NCBI GenBank assembly: GCA_050287085.1
Contig: JBNKBE010000002.1
Coordinates: 288,001 to 352,000 of the forward strand
DNA: 64,000 nucleotides
Reading direction: 5' to 3'
Source: Polyangiaceae bacterium
Lineage (GTDB): Bacteria; Myxococcota_A; Polyangia; Polyangiales; Polyangiaceae
Within the stretch, counting starts at the first letter, position 1. The number at the start of each line of letters is the position of its first letter. A program made the position numbers and the translations under genes. Below, piece by piece: positions 9,788 to 20,296 of the stretch. The notes beneath the pieces were generated by a model. The model worked only from the letters and a program-made list of their open reading frames with translations. It had not been told where the DNA came from and did no database searches.

Positions 9788-10735
9788 TCAAGGGCTTCCG
9801 GTATTAGCCGTTTGCGGGGTCGGCTGTGAGGAGGGCTCGGGTGTTGTCGAGGGCTGAGGCGCCGCGGCGCTACCTAGTCCTTCAGGGCGCGCAGGACGCG
9901 TCGCGTCGCGGCGGATGCGGATGCTGCGGATCACGGGGGGCTTATCTGCGTTCGGCCCGGTGAGGCGTGTTTTGGCGAGAGCGTGGATGACGTTTTCCGG
10001 GGCGCACTTGCCGAACACCGTGTACCCGCCGTCCAGGTGAGGCGCGGGACCGTCCATGATGAAGAATTGCGAGCCGTTGGTGTTGGGGCCCCGATTGGCC
10101 ATGCACAACAGTCCGACTGCGTCGTGGCGCGCGCCCTCCCAGATTTCGTCGGGAACTTCGAAACCGGGGCTGCCCAGTCCAGTCTTCTCTGGATCCCCTC
10201 CTTGGATCATGAAGCCACCAGTGATTCGGTGGAAAACATTGTTGTCGTAGAGGCGCTCCTTGACCCAAACGTCGTCTTTCTTCCAGGGCCGTATGCCACG
10301 CGCCAGCCCGACGAAGTTGGCGACGGTGATGGGCGCTTTGTCCGGGTAGAGCTCACATTCCAGCTTGCCCTTCTCTGTCGCGATATCCGCGACCAGAAGA
10401 CCCTTGGCGGGCATGCCTTTTACGGCGTCGGCCATGGTGAACTCACCGCGTGCTGGATCTCCTGGCGTCGGGCGCACAGCCATGACCGGCTTTGGCGCAA
10501 GGCGTTTCGCTTGGCGTTCGCGGGCCGCCTGCTTGTGACGTTCGATCTGCTCAGCGCGGCGCCTCGCTGCTTCCTCCGGCGTGCTGGTGCTAGCTGTTTC
10601 CCGGGTGGGGTTTTGCGCCGAGGGTGTTGCCGCGGAGGTGCTTCGCTCGCTGGGCTCGGGGGGCTTTTCGGCGACGCATCCGGCGACCACCAGGCAAGTG
10701 ATAGCGACGGCTCTCAGGTCCTTAGGGGCTCTCAT
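9788..10735 (-). CDS. Cyclophilin-type peptidyl-prolyl isomerase, lipoprotein
   Basis: APITVANFVGLA, FHR, FMIQGGDP, MANRGPNTNGSQFFI and YTVFG motifs; lipobox VAGC. Confidence 0.93.
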   Translation of the reverse strand: MRAPKDLRAVAITCLVVAGCVAEKPPEPSERSTSAATPSAQNPTRETASTSTPEEAARRRAEQIERHKQAARERQAKRLAPKPVMAVRPTPGDPARGEFTMADAVKGMPAKGLLVADIATEKGKLECELYPDKAPITVANFVGLARGIRPWKKDDVWVKERLYDNNVFHRITGGFMIQGGDPEKTGLGSPGFEVPDEIWEGARHDAVGLLCMANRGPNTNGSQFFIMDGPAPHLDGGYTVFGKCAPENVIHALAKTRLTGPNADKPPVIRSIRIRRDATRPARPEGLGSAAAPQPSTTPEPSSQPTPQTANTGSP

Positions 10736-10742
10736 CGTCAAT

Positions 10743-10771
10743 GGCATCTCCCCGGTGCCGCCAGATGTCAA
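10743..10771 (-). promoter_or_regulatory. sigma70-like promoter for the PPIase gene (probably leaderless)
   Basis: TTGACA, 17 nt, GATGCC, 7 nt, ATG. Perfect -35 but weak -10. Confidence 0.45.
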
Positions 10772-11109
10772 GGCTTTGGGGACACGCCCAAGCCATGAGC
10801 GGAGGTGCGGGGAGGGAGCTTGCCGGTGGGTAGTGCCGGGCCCACTTTCGATCAAGGTTGGGACACGCCCTGGGGCATGCCCCACCAGCCGGGCTTTGCG
10901 GTGCTGGCCAGGAGCGCTTTGAGCAGGTACTTCGGCGAGCCGTCGCTTGCGCGAGGGGTGCAAAGATCCGCCTCATCGCTCTGCTGGCCGACGGCGCAGC
11001 ACACGTTTGAGACGTATTGTGGGGCTTGAGACCCTACCCCGACCCCTGTTGGGGCGGTTGTCGGAGCTCGACCGGGACGCGCCCGCAGATCTGCGCTATG
11101 GATCGTCTC

Positions 11110-11688
11110 ATGATCGTCAGGATGTCTCCGAGCGCTAGCGGTGGACCCAGGGTTAGGGGCGGCGTCGGATTGGGCGCAGGCCTGGCCCTTTTGCTGGTGT
11201 CGTGTGGTGGAGAAGTCGATGCCGGAGACTCCCGCGCATTCTCTTCTGGGACGGTGAAGCCTGATGCCAGCAGCGATCGCGGGGAGTTGAGTCCGGAGGT
11301 GGGGGGAGCTCCGGTGCTCGAAGACGAGGAGCGAACGGACGTCTTCGCGGACCCTGGCTGTCCTGCTCCGCCCCCACCCGTGCGCTTCGACGAGTGTGAC
11401 GTCTTCGGGGTCAATACCTGCCCGGAGGGTGACGCTTGTTATCCCTACGTGCTCTACCCAGATGCGCCCTGTGAGCCCGAGACCTACGGTGCCCTGTGCG
11501 CGTCGTTGGGAGAGGGACGTCAGGGGGATGCCTGTGACTCGAGTCGTTGTGCTCCGGGCTACATGTGCGTCGCTACCGGGCGCGGCACGCAGTGCGCCGA
11601 GATCTGTCCGTTTCCGGGCGAGAATACGTGTCCCGATGGACTGCTTTGCGGCAACGTGGACATCGAGGGGCTTGGTACGTGCTTCTAG
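11110..11688 (+). CDS. Cys-rich putative lipoprotein
   Basis: Lipobox LVSC and many regularly spaced Cys; start codon uncertain. Confidence 0.7.
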   Translation: MIVRMSPSASGGPRVRGGVGLGAGLALLLVSCGGEVDAGDSRAFSSGTVKPDASSDRGELSPEVGGAPVLEDEERTDVFADPGCPAPPPPVRFDECDVFGVNTCPEGDACYPYVLYPDAPCEPETYGALCASLGEGRQGDACDSSRCAPGYMCVATGRGTQCAEICPFPGENTCPDGLLCGNVDIEGLGTCF

Positions 11689-13289
11689 TGCGCGGCGTGA
11701 GGTCCGGCCTTCGGCGACTGGAAGTTCAGCGGTTGCCAACTCGAGGGTTGCGATCCGGTCTGCGACTGGCGGCATGTTGCCTTTGGGGGGCCGGCGTATG
11801 GGCTTGCGGCGCGCGCTCGGCTGCGGGGGACGGGACCTCGGCACGTCGCGTGGAAGCGGGGGACGCGTCTGCTGCGCGCTGCGATGATCCGGAGCGGTGC
11901 GCGGATCTCTGCATCGAAACGATCTGTTCAGGCGATGCGTGTACGAGCGCACCGAAGAGCTGTGACGACCTAGACCCTTGTACGCTCGACAGCTGTGATA
12001 GCGGCACGGGCGAGTGTCGCCACGAACGCGTGTCGGAAGACGCGGACGGCGATGGCTTCTTTGCTCGACCGCAGGGCGTCTCTCCGCTCGACGCGTTCGA
12101 GCAATGTGGTCGGGACTGCGACGACTCTTCGCCCTTGGCGTATCCCGGCGGCACGGAGGTTTGTGACGGTTTGGATAACGATTGCGATGGCGAGGTGGAC
12201 GAAGGGGCGGTGCTGAGCGGCGAAGCCTCCGAGCCCCGAGTCGTATCGACGCCCGGGGTGAGTGCTTCGCTTGGGGGGTGGTCAGTCGGCGCAGGGTTCT
12301 ACGCGTTTTTCCTGACGGAAGATGCGGGGCATCAGCAAGGACGCGTCATTGGACTTGATGCATTGGGCAACACCGTCATGGCTAGAGCGGACGTTGCGCG
12401 CGTCAACAGCGACAACTTCGCTGGCCCCATGGCGTGGACCGGCAAGTCTTTTGGACTCGCTTGGGAGGATCGTCGCGATGACGCCTACGAGATCTACTTC
12501 AACCGCATCGACGTGAGCGGCAACAAGCTGGGACAAGACCTCCGCGTCACCTATCAGCCTGCGTTCTCGATCAACCCCTCGATGCGCTTCACGGGGAGTG
12601 AGTTCATGTTGTTCTGGCAGGACCGACGTAGCGGCAGCTATGGCATCTACGGGCGCCGGATCACGCGCAATGGTGAGTTGAACGGTAGCGAAGTTCTGCT
12701 CACGCCTGACTTCGAGAACGCTGAGGGGGCCACAACTGCGGTGGGGACCAATTCCGTCGCGTTGGCTTTCAATACGGGTTTGTCCGGCGACATTCACGTT
12801 CGATTCGTTGGCTTCGAACTCGAGCTGTTTGGGGCGAGCCACCAAATTGTCGAGGGCGGAGCGAATGCGCCCAGCCTGCGCTACCACAACGGAAGTTACT
12901 ATCTAACGTGGGCCGAATACCACGGCTCGCCGGGCACGTCGATTTGGGCCGCTGCCTTTTCAGAGCAGGGGGAGATCACGATACCCCCGGCGCGGATCGC
13001 TGGCCCAGGTGGCTACATGCGTTCCGCCTCCATGTTGCCTTTGGGCGACGGCTTCTCCGTCTTTTGGTCCGAGCATGACGGCGCGAGCTACGACATATAT
13101 CGCCGCTCTCTCAGTGCCCAACTCGAGCCCACGTCGGACCCCATACGTGTGACGAACACTCCGAACGACGCCGTTGGCCCCGGAGCTGCATTTGCCGAAG
13201 CCGGTACTCTCGGGGTTACCTACGTCGAACGCGTCGGCGGGGTCCCGCGCGTGATGGTGCAGACCCTCGGCTGTCAGCAAGTGCCGTGA
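11688..13289 (+). CDS. Cys-rich exported protein with a putative metal-binding (MopE-like) repeat and a propeller-like C-terminus
   Basis: CDDLDPCTLDSC, DADGDGF and DCDD...YPGGTEVCDGLDNDCDGEVDEG motifs; TAGTG overlap with the upstream gene. Confidence 0.8.
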   Translation: MRGVRSGLRRLEVQRLPTRGLRSGLRLAACCLWGAGVWACGARSAAGDGTSARRVEAGDASAARCDDPERCADLCIETICSGDACTSAPKSCDDLDPCTLDSCDSGTGECRHERVSEDADGDGFFARPQGVSPLDAFEQCGRDCDDSSPLAYPGGTEVCDGLDNDCDGEVDEGAVLSGEASEPRVVSTPGVSASLGGWSVGAGFYAFFLTEDAGHQQGRVIGLDALGNTVMARADVARVNSDNFAGPMAWTGKSFGLAWEDRRDDAYEIYFNRIDVSGNKLGQDLRVTYQPAFSINPSMRFTGSEFMLFWQDRRSGSYGIYGRRITRNGELNGSEVLLTPDFENAEGATTAVGTNSVALAFNTGLSGDIHVRFVGFELELFGASHQIVEGGANAPSLRYHNGSYYLTWAEYHGSPGTSIWAAAFSEQGEITIPPARIAGPGGYMRSASMLPLGDGFSVFWSEHDGASYDIYRRSLSAQLEPTSDPIRVTNTPNDAVGPGAAFAEAGTLGVTYVERVGGVPRVMVQTLGCQQVP

Positions 13290-13296
13290 CGAGAGC

Positions 13297-13359
13297 GGCC
13301 GTCGTCTGGCCGTTGTCTATCAGCGTCTAGAGGTCTATCAGCGTCTAGAGGTCTATCAG
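13297..13359. repeat. Compound tandem repeats between convergent genes
   Basis: GGCCGTYGTCT x2 (13297-13318) overlapping GTCTATCAGCGTCTAGAG x2.5 (13315-13359), which duplicates the purF stop region. Confidence 0.9.
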
Positions 13360-14805
13360 GCGCATCTGCTGATTGCGGGTCGATGGCTTGAACTCGATCG
13401 GATACTGACCGCTGAAGCACGCGTGGCAATACCGCTCTTCACCTTGCGCTAGAACCGGCAGATTGCGCCGTCGCTTGTCCGAGTTGCTGAGCTCGGTGAT
13501 CGCGTCCACCATGTTTTCCATCGTCAGGTACTCGAGGGAGTCGCTGGTGATGTAGCGGTTGATTTCTTCTGGTGTGCTCTGCGCAGCGATTAGCTCTGCC
13601 CGAGTGGGAGTGTCGATTCCGTAGTAGCATGGCCAACGCCACGGCGGACTCGAGATGCGGAAGTGGACTTCGCGCGCGCCAGCTTCGCGCAGCATTCGCA
13701 CGATCTTCCGACTGGTGGTGCCTCGCACGATGCTATCGTCGACGACAACCACCCGCTTGCCTCGTAGCACCTCGGAAACGGGGCTCAGTTTGAGCTTAAC
13801 ACCAAAGTGACGGATGCTCTGCTCCGGTTCGATGAACGTGCGTCCGACGTAGTGGCTTCGCACCAGTCCGAGTTCAAACGGCAACCCGGATTCCTCGGCG
13901 TAGCCAATCGTTGCGGGCACCCCGGAGTCCGGAACCGCTATCACGACATCCGCGTCGAGTCGGTTGCGGTCTTGACGGGCGAGTGCTCGACCGACGCTCT
14001 TGCGGGCTTCGTACACGCTCACGCCGTCCAGAGTGGAGTCTGGACGAGCAAAGTAGATGTACTCAAAGATGCAACGTTTACTTGCGGCCGCCTGGAACGG
14101 GCGCATCGAGCGAATGCCATTCTTGTCGATGATCAGCATTTCACCCGGCTCTACGTCGCGCATGAACTCAGCGCCCATGAGAGTGAAGCTCACGGGTTCA
14201 CTGGCCACCACGTAGGTGTCCGGCGCGCCATCAACCTCTTTGTTGGGCAGGCGAGCCAAGCACAGGGGCCTAATCCCCAGGGGATCGCGCACCGCGATAA
14301 CTTTGGTTTCGGTGAGGCAGACCAGGGAATATGCCCCTTCAACTTGCGACAGTGCTTCGGCCAGGCGATCTTCCGTTGTGGCTTGGGCACTTCGGGCGAC
14401 CAAGTGAACGATCACCTCAGAGTCGCTTGCGCTATGAAATATCGACCCGCTCTGCTCCAACTGTTCGCGAAGTAGTTGGGCGTTCGTCAGATTGCCGTTG
14501 TGAACGAGGGCCAGTTGGCCGTGGACGTAGTCGATGGCGATGGGTTGTGCGTTCTTGATGAACGAGCCCCCCGCGGTGGAGTAGCGAACATGGCCTATCG
14601 CCGCCTCGTCCCCGCGCATGCGTTCCAGCTGGCGGGACGGAAAGACGTCGATGACCTGACCCATGCCCTTCTGTAGGACCAGCCGGCGGCCGTCACTCGT
14701 AGCGATACCGGCGCTCTCCTGACCTCGATGCTGCAGGGCATGCAGGCCAAGATAGGTGAGGTTTGCTGCTTCCGCGTGGCCGAAGATTCCAAATACTCCG
14801 CACAT
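13345..14805 (-). CDS. purF: Amidophosphoribosyltransferase
   Basis: MCGVFG Ntn start, [27 protein letters not shown] and Fe-S Cys motif CHACF. Confidence 0.98.
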   Translation of the reverse strand: MCGVFGIFGHAEAANLTYLGLHALQHRGQESAGIATSDGRRLVLQKGMGQVIDVFPSRQLERMRGDEAAIGHVRYSTAGGSFIKNAQPIAIDYVHGQLALVHNGNLTNAQLLREQLEQSGSIFHSASDSEVIVHLVARSAQATTEDRLAEALSQVEGAYSLVCLTETKVIAVRDPLGIRPLCLARLPNKEVDGAPDTYVVASEPVSFTLMGAEFMRDVEPGEMLIIDKNGIRSMRPFQAAASKRCIFEYIYFARPDSTLDGVSVYEARKSVGRALARQDRNRLDADVVIAVPDSGVPATIGYAEESGLPFELGLVRSHYVGRTFIEPEQSIRHFGVKLKLSPVSEVLRGKRVVVVDDSIVRGTTSRKIVRMLREAGAREVHFRISSPPWRWPCYYGIDTPTRAELIAAQSTPEEINRYITSDSLEYLTMENMVDAITELSNSDKRRRNLPVLAQGEERYCHACFSGQYPIEFKPSTRNQQMRLIDL

Positions 14806-15186
14806 AATTACACCGCCGATGGGCTGCGTTGATCTTGTGAGCTCCTAGAGAGCGCGCAGCTTGTAGGGCCGGCGCAGCAGCTGGGATGAACTGGGACGTG
14901 ACTCACCGCAACACCCACAGATCATGCCCCAAAGGCAAGACGTCAGCCAGGACCGACTTGGCACGGTGTGACTGTGCCAGGTGGAGGAGGGGCGCATGCG
15001 AGCTCGTCATCCTACTAACCGGAACCGGCGCGGTCATGCCCGCTTGGTGACGATTTCGCAAGGGCTGCGGTACATTCTTTTCTGCCCGCGATACGGCGAG
15101 CGCCGATGCGGTTCGGCTCCGGGTGCGGACCTGGCGAGCGTGCAAGGTGGCTGGATTTCGCCCTCGCCTTGGCCGGACGACTTGCG

Positions 15187-16281
15187 TCACGCCACCGGCT
15201 GACCTTTGGTTTCGATCATCATGCGCAGTTCATCTTGTTCCGTGGAGCGTCCGAGAGCCTCCTCCAGGGTGATCAAGCGTCGCGCGTACAGCGAGTAGAG
15301 CGACTGGTTCATGGTCTGCATCCCGTTCTTGCCCTGACCCATCTGCATCTGAGAGTAGATCTGGTGCACCTTATCCTCTCGAATCAGATTGCGGATCGCG
15401 GAGTTGGGCACCAGGACCTCCATGGCCAATACCCGTCCCGGCGCTCCGGCTCGTGGCAGCAGCAACTGACTTAGGACACCCTCCAGCACAAACGAGAGCT
15501 GAGCACGGACCTGCGCCTGTTGGTGCGGTGGAAAGACGTCGATGATGCGGTTGATGCTTTGGGCCGCGGAGTTGGTGTGTAGGGTGGCGAAGACAAGGTG
15601 ACCGGTTTCTGCGATCGTCAGGGCCGCTTCGATCGTCTCGAGATCGCGCATTTCGCCGATCAAGACGACGTCAGGATCCTGTCGGAGCACATACTTCAGC
15701 GCGTCTTTGAACCGTGCCGTATCGGCGCCAATCTCACGCTGGTTGACGATGCAACGCTTGTGCGGATGGAGATACTCGATCGGGTCCTCGATCGTCATGA
15801 TGTGGCTCCGTTGTTCGGAGTTGATCTTGTCGATGATGGACGCGAGCGTGGTCGACTTGCCCGAGCCGGTCGGTCCGGTTACCAAGACGAGCCCACGCGG
15901 TCGGTTGGAGAGCGTAACAACGACCTGTGGCAACCCCAGTTCTTCGAAGGTCAGAATCTTGAACGGAATGGCACGGAACGCCCCGGACACGGCGCCCCGC
16001 TGCATGAAGATATTAGCGCGATAGCGCGACAGGTTCTTCACGCCAAAAGACAGGTCGAGCTCCTTGTTTTTCTCGAACTCGATCTTCTGTTCTTCCGTGA
16101 GCACGGAGTAGCAGAGCTGCTTCGTTTCGACCGGGGTCAGGGCGTCGAGCTTGAGCGGGACGATGTTGCCGTCGACCCGTAGCAACGGGGGCGCACCCGT
16201 CGTGATGTGCATGTCGCTGGCGCCTTTTTCGATCATGGCGCGCAGCAGTTGATGGAGGTTGACCTTAAGGCTTTGCGTCAT
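15187..16281 (-). CDS. pilT: Type IV pilus retraction ATPase PilT
   Basis: GPTGSGKST, LRQDPDVVLIGEMRD, ETGHLVFATLHT and AIRNLIRE motifs. Confidence 0.97.
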   Translation of the reverse strand: MTQSLKVNLHQLLRAMIEKGASDMHITTGAPPLLRVDGNIVPLKLDALTPVETKQLCYSVLTEEQKIEFEKNKELDLSFGVKNLSRYRANIFMQRGAVSGAFRAIPFKILTFEELGLPQVVVTLSNRPRGLVLVTGPTGSGKSTTLASIIDKINSEQRSHIMTIEDPIEYLHPHKRCIVNQREIGADTARFKDALKYVLRQDPDVVLIGEMRDLETIEAALTIAETGHLVFATLHTNSAAQSINRIIDVFPPHQQAQVRAQLSFVLEGVLSQLLLPRAGAPGRVLAMEVLVPNSAIRNLIREDKVHQIYSQMQMGQGKNGMQTMNQSLYSLYARRLITLEEALGRSTEQDELRMMIETKGQPVA

Positions 16282-16384
16282 GTGCAGATCTTTCGACGGA
16301 GACCGAGGTGATGCTCGCGGTGACGAGGCGGGGCACGCCTGCTCCCAGGCGGACCCATGACAGATGATTCGAGTTGCGCTAGCG

Positions 16385-18094
16385 CTAGTCGGCCATCGTG
16401 ACGCGAAGCACCTCTTCGATCGTGGTCACTCCTTCCAGGCATTTCTTGATTCCACTCATGCGTAGTGAGCTCATACCGCCCTTGATGGCGGCCGCTTTTA
16501 GCTCGGCGGTGGAGGCTCCCTGCAGCACGAGGTCGCGCAAGTCGTCGGTGAAGCGCATTACCTCGTAGAGGGCAACACGACCCTTGTAGCCGGTTCCGTT
16601 GCAGGTGTTGCAGCCCTGACCATGTTGCAGCACAGCGCCTTCGATTTGCTCTGGCGTGAAGCCGACCTCTTCCAACGTTGCCCGTTCGATCTCGATCGGC
16701 GCTTTGCAGTCTTGACAAGTGCGTCGAGCCAAACGCTGAGCTAGTACTAGGTTAACGCTGGCTGTTATCAGAAATGGCTCGACGCCCATATTGAGCAGAC
16801 GTGAGATAGTAGCTGGTGCGTCGTTGGTGTGAAGCGTCGAAAGGACCAAGTGACCCGTCAAGGCCGCCTTGACCGCGATTTCGGCAGTTTCGAAGTCTCG
16901 AATCTCTCCCACCATGATGGTGTCGGGGTCTTGTCGCAGGAAGGCGCGCAGCGCGGCGGCGAAGTTGAGGCCGATCTCCTCGTGCATCTGCACTTGGTTG
17001 ATACCGAGCAGGTTGTACTCGACGGGGTCTTCAGCGGTACTGATGTTTACGCCGGGCTGATTCAATTCGCTGAGGGCTGAGTAGAGCGTTGTGGTCTTGC
17101 CCGAGCCCGTGGGACCCGTGACGAGTACCATGCCCCAAGGCTGATGGATAGCCCAGGTGAAGTCCGCAAGGGGGCTCGTGTCGAAACCGAGCTTGGTCAT
17201 GTCGAGCTGTAGGTTCGACTTGTCCAGCAAGCGGAGGACGATCTTTTCGCCCCACATCGTCGGAAGGACGCTGACTCGAAAGTCCATCTCGCGGTCTTTG
17301 CCCAGCTTGAGCTTGATTCGACCGTCCTGCGGCAGTCGGCGCTCGGCGATATCGAGCTGGCTCATGATTTTCAAGCGGCTAGACAGAGCGTTCTTCAGCT
17401 TGAGCGGAGGCGCCATTTCCTCTTGCAGTACGCCATCGATTCGATACCGCACGCGGAGCCGCTTTTCGTAGGGCTCAATGTGGATGTCGCTGACCCCCTT
17501 GCGGATCGCGTTGAGTAGAATGACGTTCACCAGCCGCACTACAGGCGCGTCCTCGCTGGCCTTCTCGAGTTCGAGAATATTGTCGTCTTCGTCATCGGAC
17601 GTGAAGTCGATGTCCTCATCGTCCAGTTCGAAGTCCGCCATCACCTCGTCGTAGGAGGGGCCCGCGTTGTAGTAGCGGTCGGTGGCTTCGATGATCGCCG
17701 TTTCGCTCGCGATAACAGGCTCCACGTTGAAGCCCGTCAGGAACTTGATGTCGTCGATGGCGTTTAGGTTCGTCGGATCCGCCATTGCGATGATCAGCGA
17801 CGAACCGGAGCGCGAGACGGGGAGGATCTTATGCCTTTCACAGACGTCTTTGCTGACGAGTTTGATGACCTCCGAATCGACCTCATACTCGATGAGGTTG
17901 ATCGACGGCAGGCGGTATTGACTGCTGAGAAAGTCGGTGATCTCCGTGTCCGAGATGTAGCCCAGTCGCGCGAGGGTGTAGCTTAGATTGTTGCCGCTAG
18001 CGGCCTGCTCGTGTTGCGCCTGCCGGAGCTGTTGCAGGCTGATGAGCTTCTCGCGTACGAGCAACTCACCTAGGCGATTTGTCGGATTGGCCAT
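16385..18094 (-). CDS. pilB: Type IV-A pilus assembly ATPase PilB
   Basis: RLGELL N-terminus, ERRLPQDG, Walker [14 protein letters not shown] and two CxxC zinc motifs. Confidence 0.97.
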   Translation of the reverse strand: MANPTNRLGELLVREKLISLQQLRQAQHEQAASGNNLSYTLARLGYISDTEITDFLSSQYRLPSINLIEYEVDSEVIKLVSKDVCERHKILPVSRSGSSLIIAMADPTNLNAIDDIKFLTGFNVEPVIASETAIIEATDRYYNAGPSYDEVMADFELDDEDIDFTSDDEDDNILELEKASEDAPVVRLVNVILLNAIRKGVSDIHIEPYEKRLRVRYRIDGVLQEEMAPPLKLKNALSSRLKIMSQLDIAERRLPQDGRIKLKLGKDREMDFRVSVLPTMWGEKIVLRLLDKSNLQLDMTKLGFDTSPLADFTWAIHQPWGMVLVTGPTGSGKTTTLYSALSELNQPGVNISTAEDPVEYNLLGINQVQMHEEIGLNFAAALRAFLRQDPDTIMVGEIRDFETAEIAVKAALTGHLVLSTLHTNDAPATISRLLNMGVEPFLITASVNLVLAQRLARRTCQDCKAPIEIERATLEEVGFTPEQIEGAVLQHGQGCNTCNGTGYKGRVALYEVMRFTDDLRDLVLQGASTAELKAAAIKGGMSSLRMSGIKKCLEGVTTIEEVLRVTMAD

Positions 18095-18436
18095 ACTGAT
18101 CGTTCTTCGCTTCGTGACTCGTTAGCTTACCCGACACTCGATCGCGGCAAAGAAATTCCCCGTCATTGGGCGACGTTGGCAGAACGTCCAGGCGCACGGG
18201 TTGCACAAGCGAACTAGGCGCGTGAATTCCAGGCCGCCGGCCAACGGATTGGTCCCGCTGCGAGGCTCAAGTCACAGCGGTCCAGAGGGCGGGCTTCCGC
18301 TCGGTTTTCAGCTTGACGGAGCCCTTGATCGGCCCCTAAGTGCAAATCCTTATCGGAAAACTAGAGTTTCCTTTTCTGATGCGCTTCCCATCGCGTGGGC
18401 ACCTCGACCTGCGCTGCACATGCAACCGGAGACCCC

Positions 18437-19600
18437 ATGGCAAAAACCTATACCGACCTGTTTTCTGAGATCCGCGATAGCGTCAAGACGATAACGCTCG
18501 AAGAGCTCAAAGCACGATTGGAGGCAGCCGAAAGGCCCGTTCTGGTGGACGTCCGGGAGAAAGACGAAGTGCGCGGGGGCTTCATCCCGGGGGCCGTTCA
18601 CATTCCACGCGGGTTTCTGGAGATGCAGCTGGAGGGCAAGCTGCCGGACAAGAACGCGCAGGTGGTCGTGTATTGCGCGGGCGGTACTCGCAGCGCGTTT
18701 GCTGCCAAAACCATGGCGGAGCTCGGCTACGCAAACGTGCTGAGTGCCAACCCCGGTTTCGTCAGGTGGAAGGACATGGGCTACCCGGTGGAGCTGCCAC
18801 CGGAACTGACCGACGCCCAGCGCGACCGCTACTCTCGTCACCTGCTCTTGCCGGAGGTTGGCGAGCGCGGTCAGGCCACCCTGCTCAAGAGTCGCGTTCT
18901 GTTGCTCGGGGCCGGCGGTCTTGGCAGTCCCGCCGCCATGTATCTAGCGGCCGCGGGTGTGGGAACTCTTGGGCTCGTCGACGCCGACGTGGTCGACGCC
19001 TCCAATCTGCAGCGCCAGGTACTCCACGCGACATCCCGGGTCGGGATGGCCAAGGTCGACAGCGCTGAGGTATTCATCAACGAGCTGAATCCGGACGTAA
19101 GAGTCGAGAAGTACAAGGAGCGCCTGACGAGCGAAAACGTCGACCGGATCTTCTCTGGCTACGATGTCATCGTGGACGGATGTGACAACTTTCCGACCCG
19201 CTACCTCGTCAACGACGCTTCGCTGAAGCACAACATCCCGGTGGTCCACGGTTCCATCTTCCGCTTCGACGGGCAGGTGACCACCTTTTTGCCCTTCGAC
19301 GGTCCCTGCTATCGCTGCTTGTATCCCGAACCGCCACCGGCGCACCTGGCGCCATCGTGTGCGGAGGCGGGGGTACTGGGCATCCTCCCTGGCATTGTTG
19401 GAACCCTTCAAGCCACAGAGGCCATCAAGTTGCTACTGGGCCGCGGTGAGGTGCTGAAGGGACGCCTGCTCCAATACGATTCGATGAACATGACGTTCCG
19501 CAACTTCAAATTGCGACGCGACAAGGCCTGCCCGGCTTGCGGGGAGCATCGGACAATTACGGAATACATCGACTACGAGGGATTCTGCGCAGGGGTGTAG
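18437..19600 (+). CDS. moeB: Rhodanese-MoeB/ThiF fusion (adenylyltransferase/sulfurtransferase)
   Basis: N-terminal rhodanese (DVRE, YCAGGTRS), then RYSRH, GAGGLG, SNLQRQ, CYRC, SCAEAG and CPAC. Confidence 0.92.
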   Translation: MAKTYTDLFSEIRDSVKTITLEELKARLEAAERPVLVDVREKDEVRGGFIPGAVHIPRGFLEMQLEGKLPDKNAQVVVYCAGGTRSAFAAKTMAELGYANVLSANPGFVRWKDMGYPVELPPELTDAQRDRYSRHLLLPEVGERGQATLLKSRVLLLGAGGLGSPAAMYLAAAGVGTLGLVDADVVDASNLQRQVLHATSRVGMAKVDSAEVFINELNPDVRVEKYKERLTSENVDRIFSGYDVIVDGCDNFPTRYLVNDASLKHNIPVVHGSIFRFDGQVTTFLPFDGPCYRCLYPEPPPAHLAPSCAEAGVLGILPGIVGTLQATEAIKLLLGRGEVLKGRLLQYDSMNMTFRNFKLRRDKACPACGEHRTITEYIDYEGFCAGV

Positions 19601-19696
19601 TGAGGCACTGGTACGGCCGCTAGGCCGCGGCGAGCGACTGAACCCGTTTCGGGGGCCGAGGCGCGCGCCGGGAGCTTCGGCTTCGGGCGCTCTGCT

Positions 19697-20296
19697 CTAG
19701 CCTGGCCGCGGGAGCAGGGGCCTGATATGGCTCAACAAGGTGGTGAGCATCGCGTGCGAAAGCCCCCACAACGTCTTGTGGCCGACGCGGTAGCCCGGAA
19801 GGCGCAGCAGCGCACCCTTCCGGCGCAGCGCAACCTGAGTGTCCAGGTCCCCGCGGAGCAGCAGCTCCATGTCGACCCAGTGAACGTCGGCCACTTCGTC
19901 CGCCTTGAGCTTCAAGGCTCCAACGTCCGGGGCGGCGAACACGAAAGGCGCAACAGTTAGTCCACTGCCAGCGGCCCGGGCGGAAACCCAATCAAGTTCG
20001 CCCAACAGCCAGTCGGAGCGCAGCGTGAGCCCCAGCTCTTCCTGCACCTCGCGTACGGCTGTGGCCAGCAGTGTTGTGTCGCCTGGATCTCGGCGGCCGC
20101 CTGGGAACGCAAGGTCTCCCGACCACCGATCGCTTTCATGCTCGGCCCGCTCGATGACCAGCAATGACACGACCCGTCGTTGTGCCTTCCATTCGTTGCG
20201 CAAAATTATCGCTACGGCTGCCTGCTCCTGCGAGTCTTGAGTTCTGGGTGGTGCTGCGGCGAGAGCCTGCTGCAGTGCATGGGACGCGAAGGGCAC
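19697..20296 (-). CDS. Nudix hydrolase, CoA pyrophosphatase-like
   Basis: SGDLAFPGG followed by Nudix box TAVREVQEELG. Confidence 0.88.
   Translation of the reverse strand: MPFASHALQQALAAAPPRTQDSQEQAAVAIILRNEWKAQRRVVSLLVIERAEHESDRWSGDLAFPGGRRDPGDTTLLATAVREVQEELGLTLRSDWLLGELDWVSARAAGSGLTVAPFVFAAPDVGALKLKADEVADVHWVDMELLLRGDLDTQVALRRKGALLRLPGYRVGHKTLWGLSHAMLTTLLSHIRPLLPRPG

Noticed and set aside
13297..13359. Short repeats here and at 44013-44055 as a mini-CRISPR
   Set aside because: Copies are head-to-tail with no spacers, and no cas genes are present.
14806..15186. Riboswitch in the long purF leader
   Set aside because: Only an isolated hairpin (about 14959-79). I could not match purine, ZTP or PRPP/ppGpp riboswitch cores by eye.
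18189..18205. sigma54 promoter CAGGCGCACGGGTTGCA
   Set aside because: GG-N10-GC spacing is right, but there are three mismatches around the -24 element and it is about 230 bp from moeB. Too weak in GC-rich DNA.
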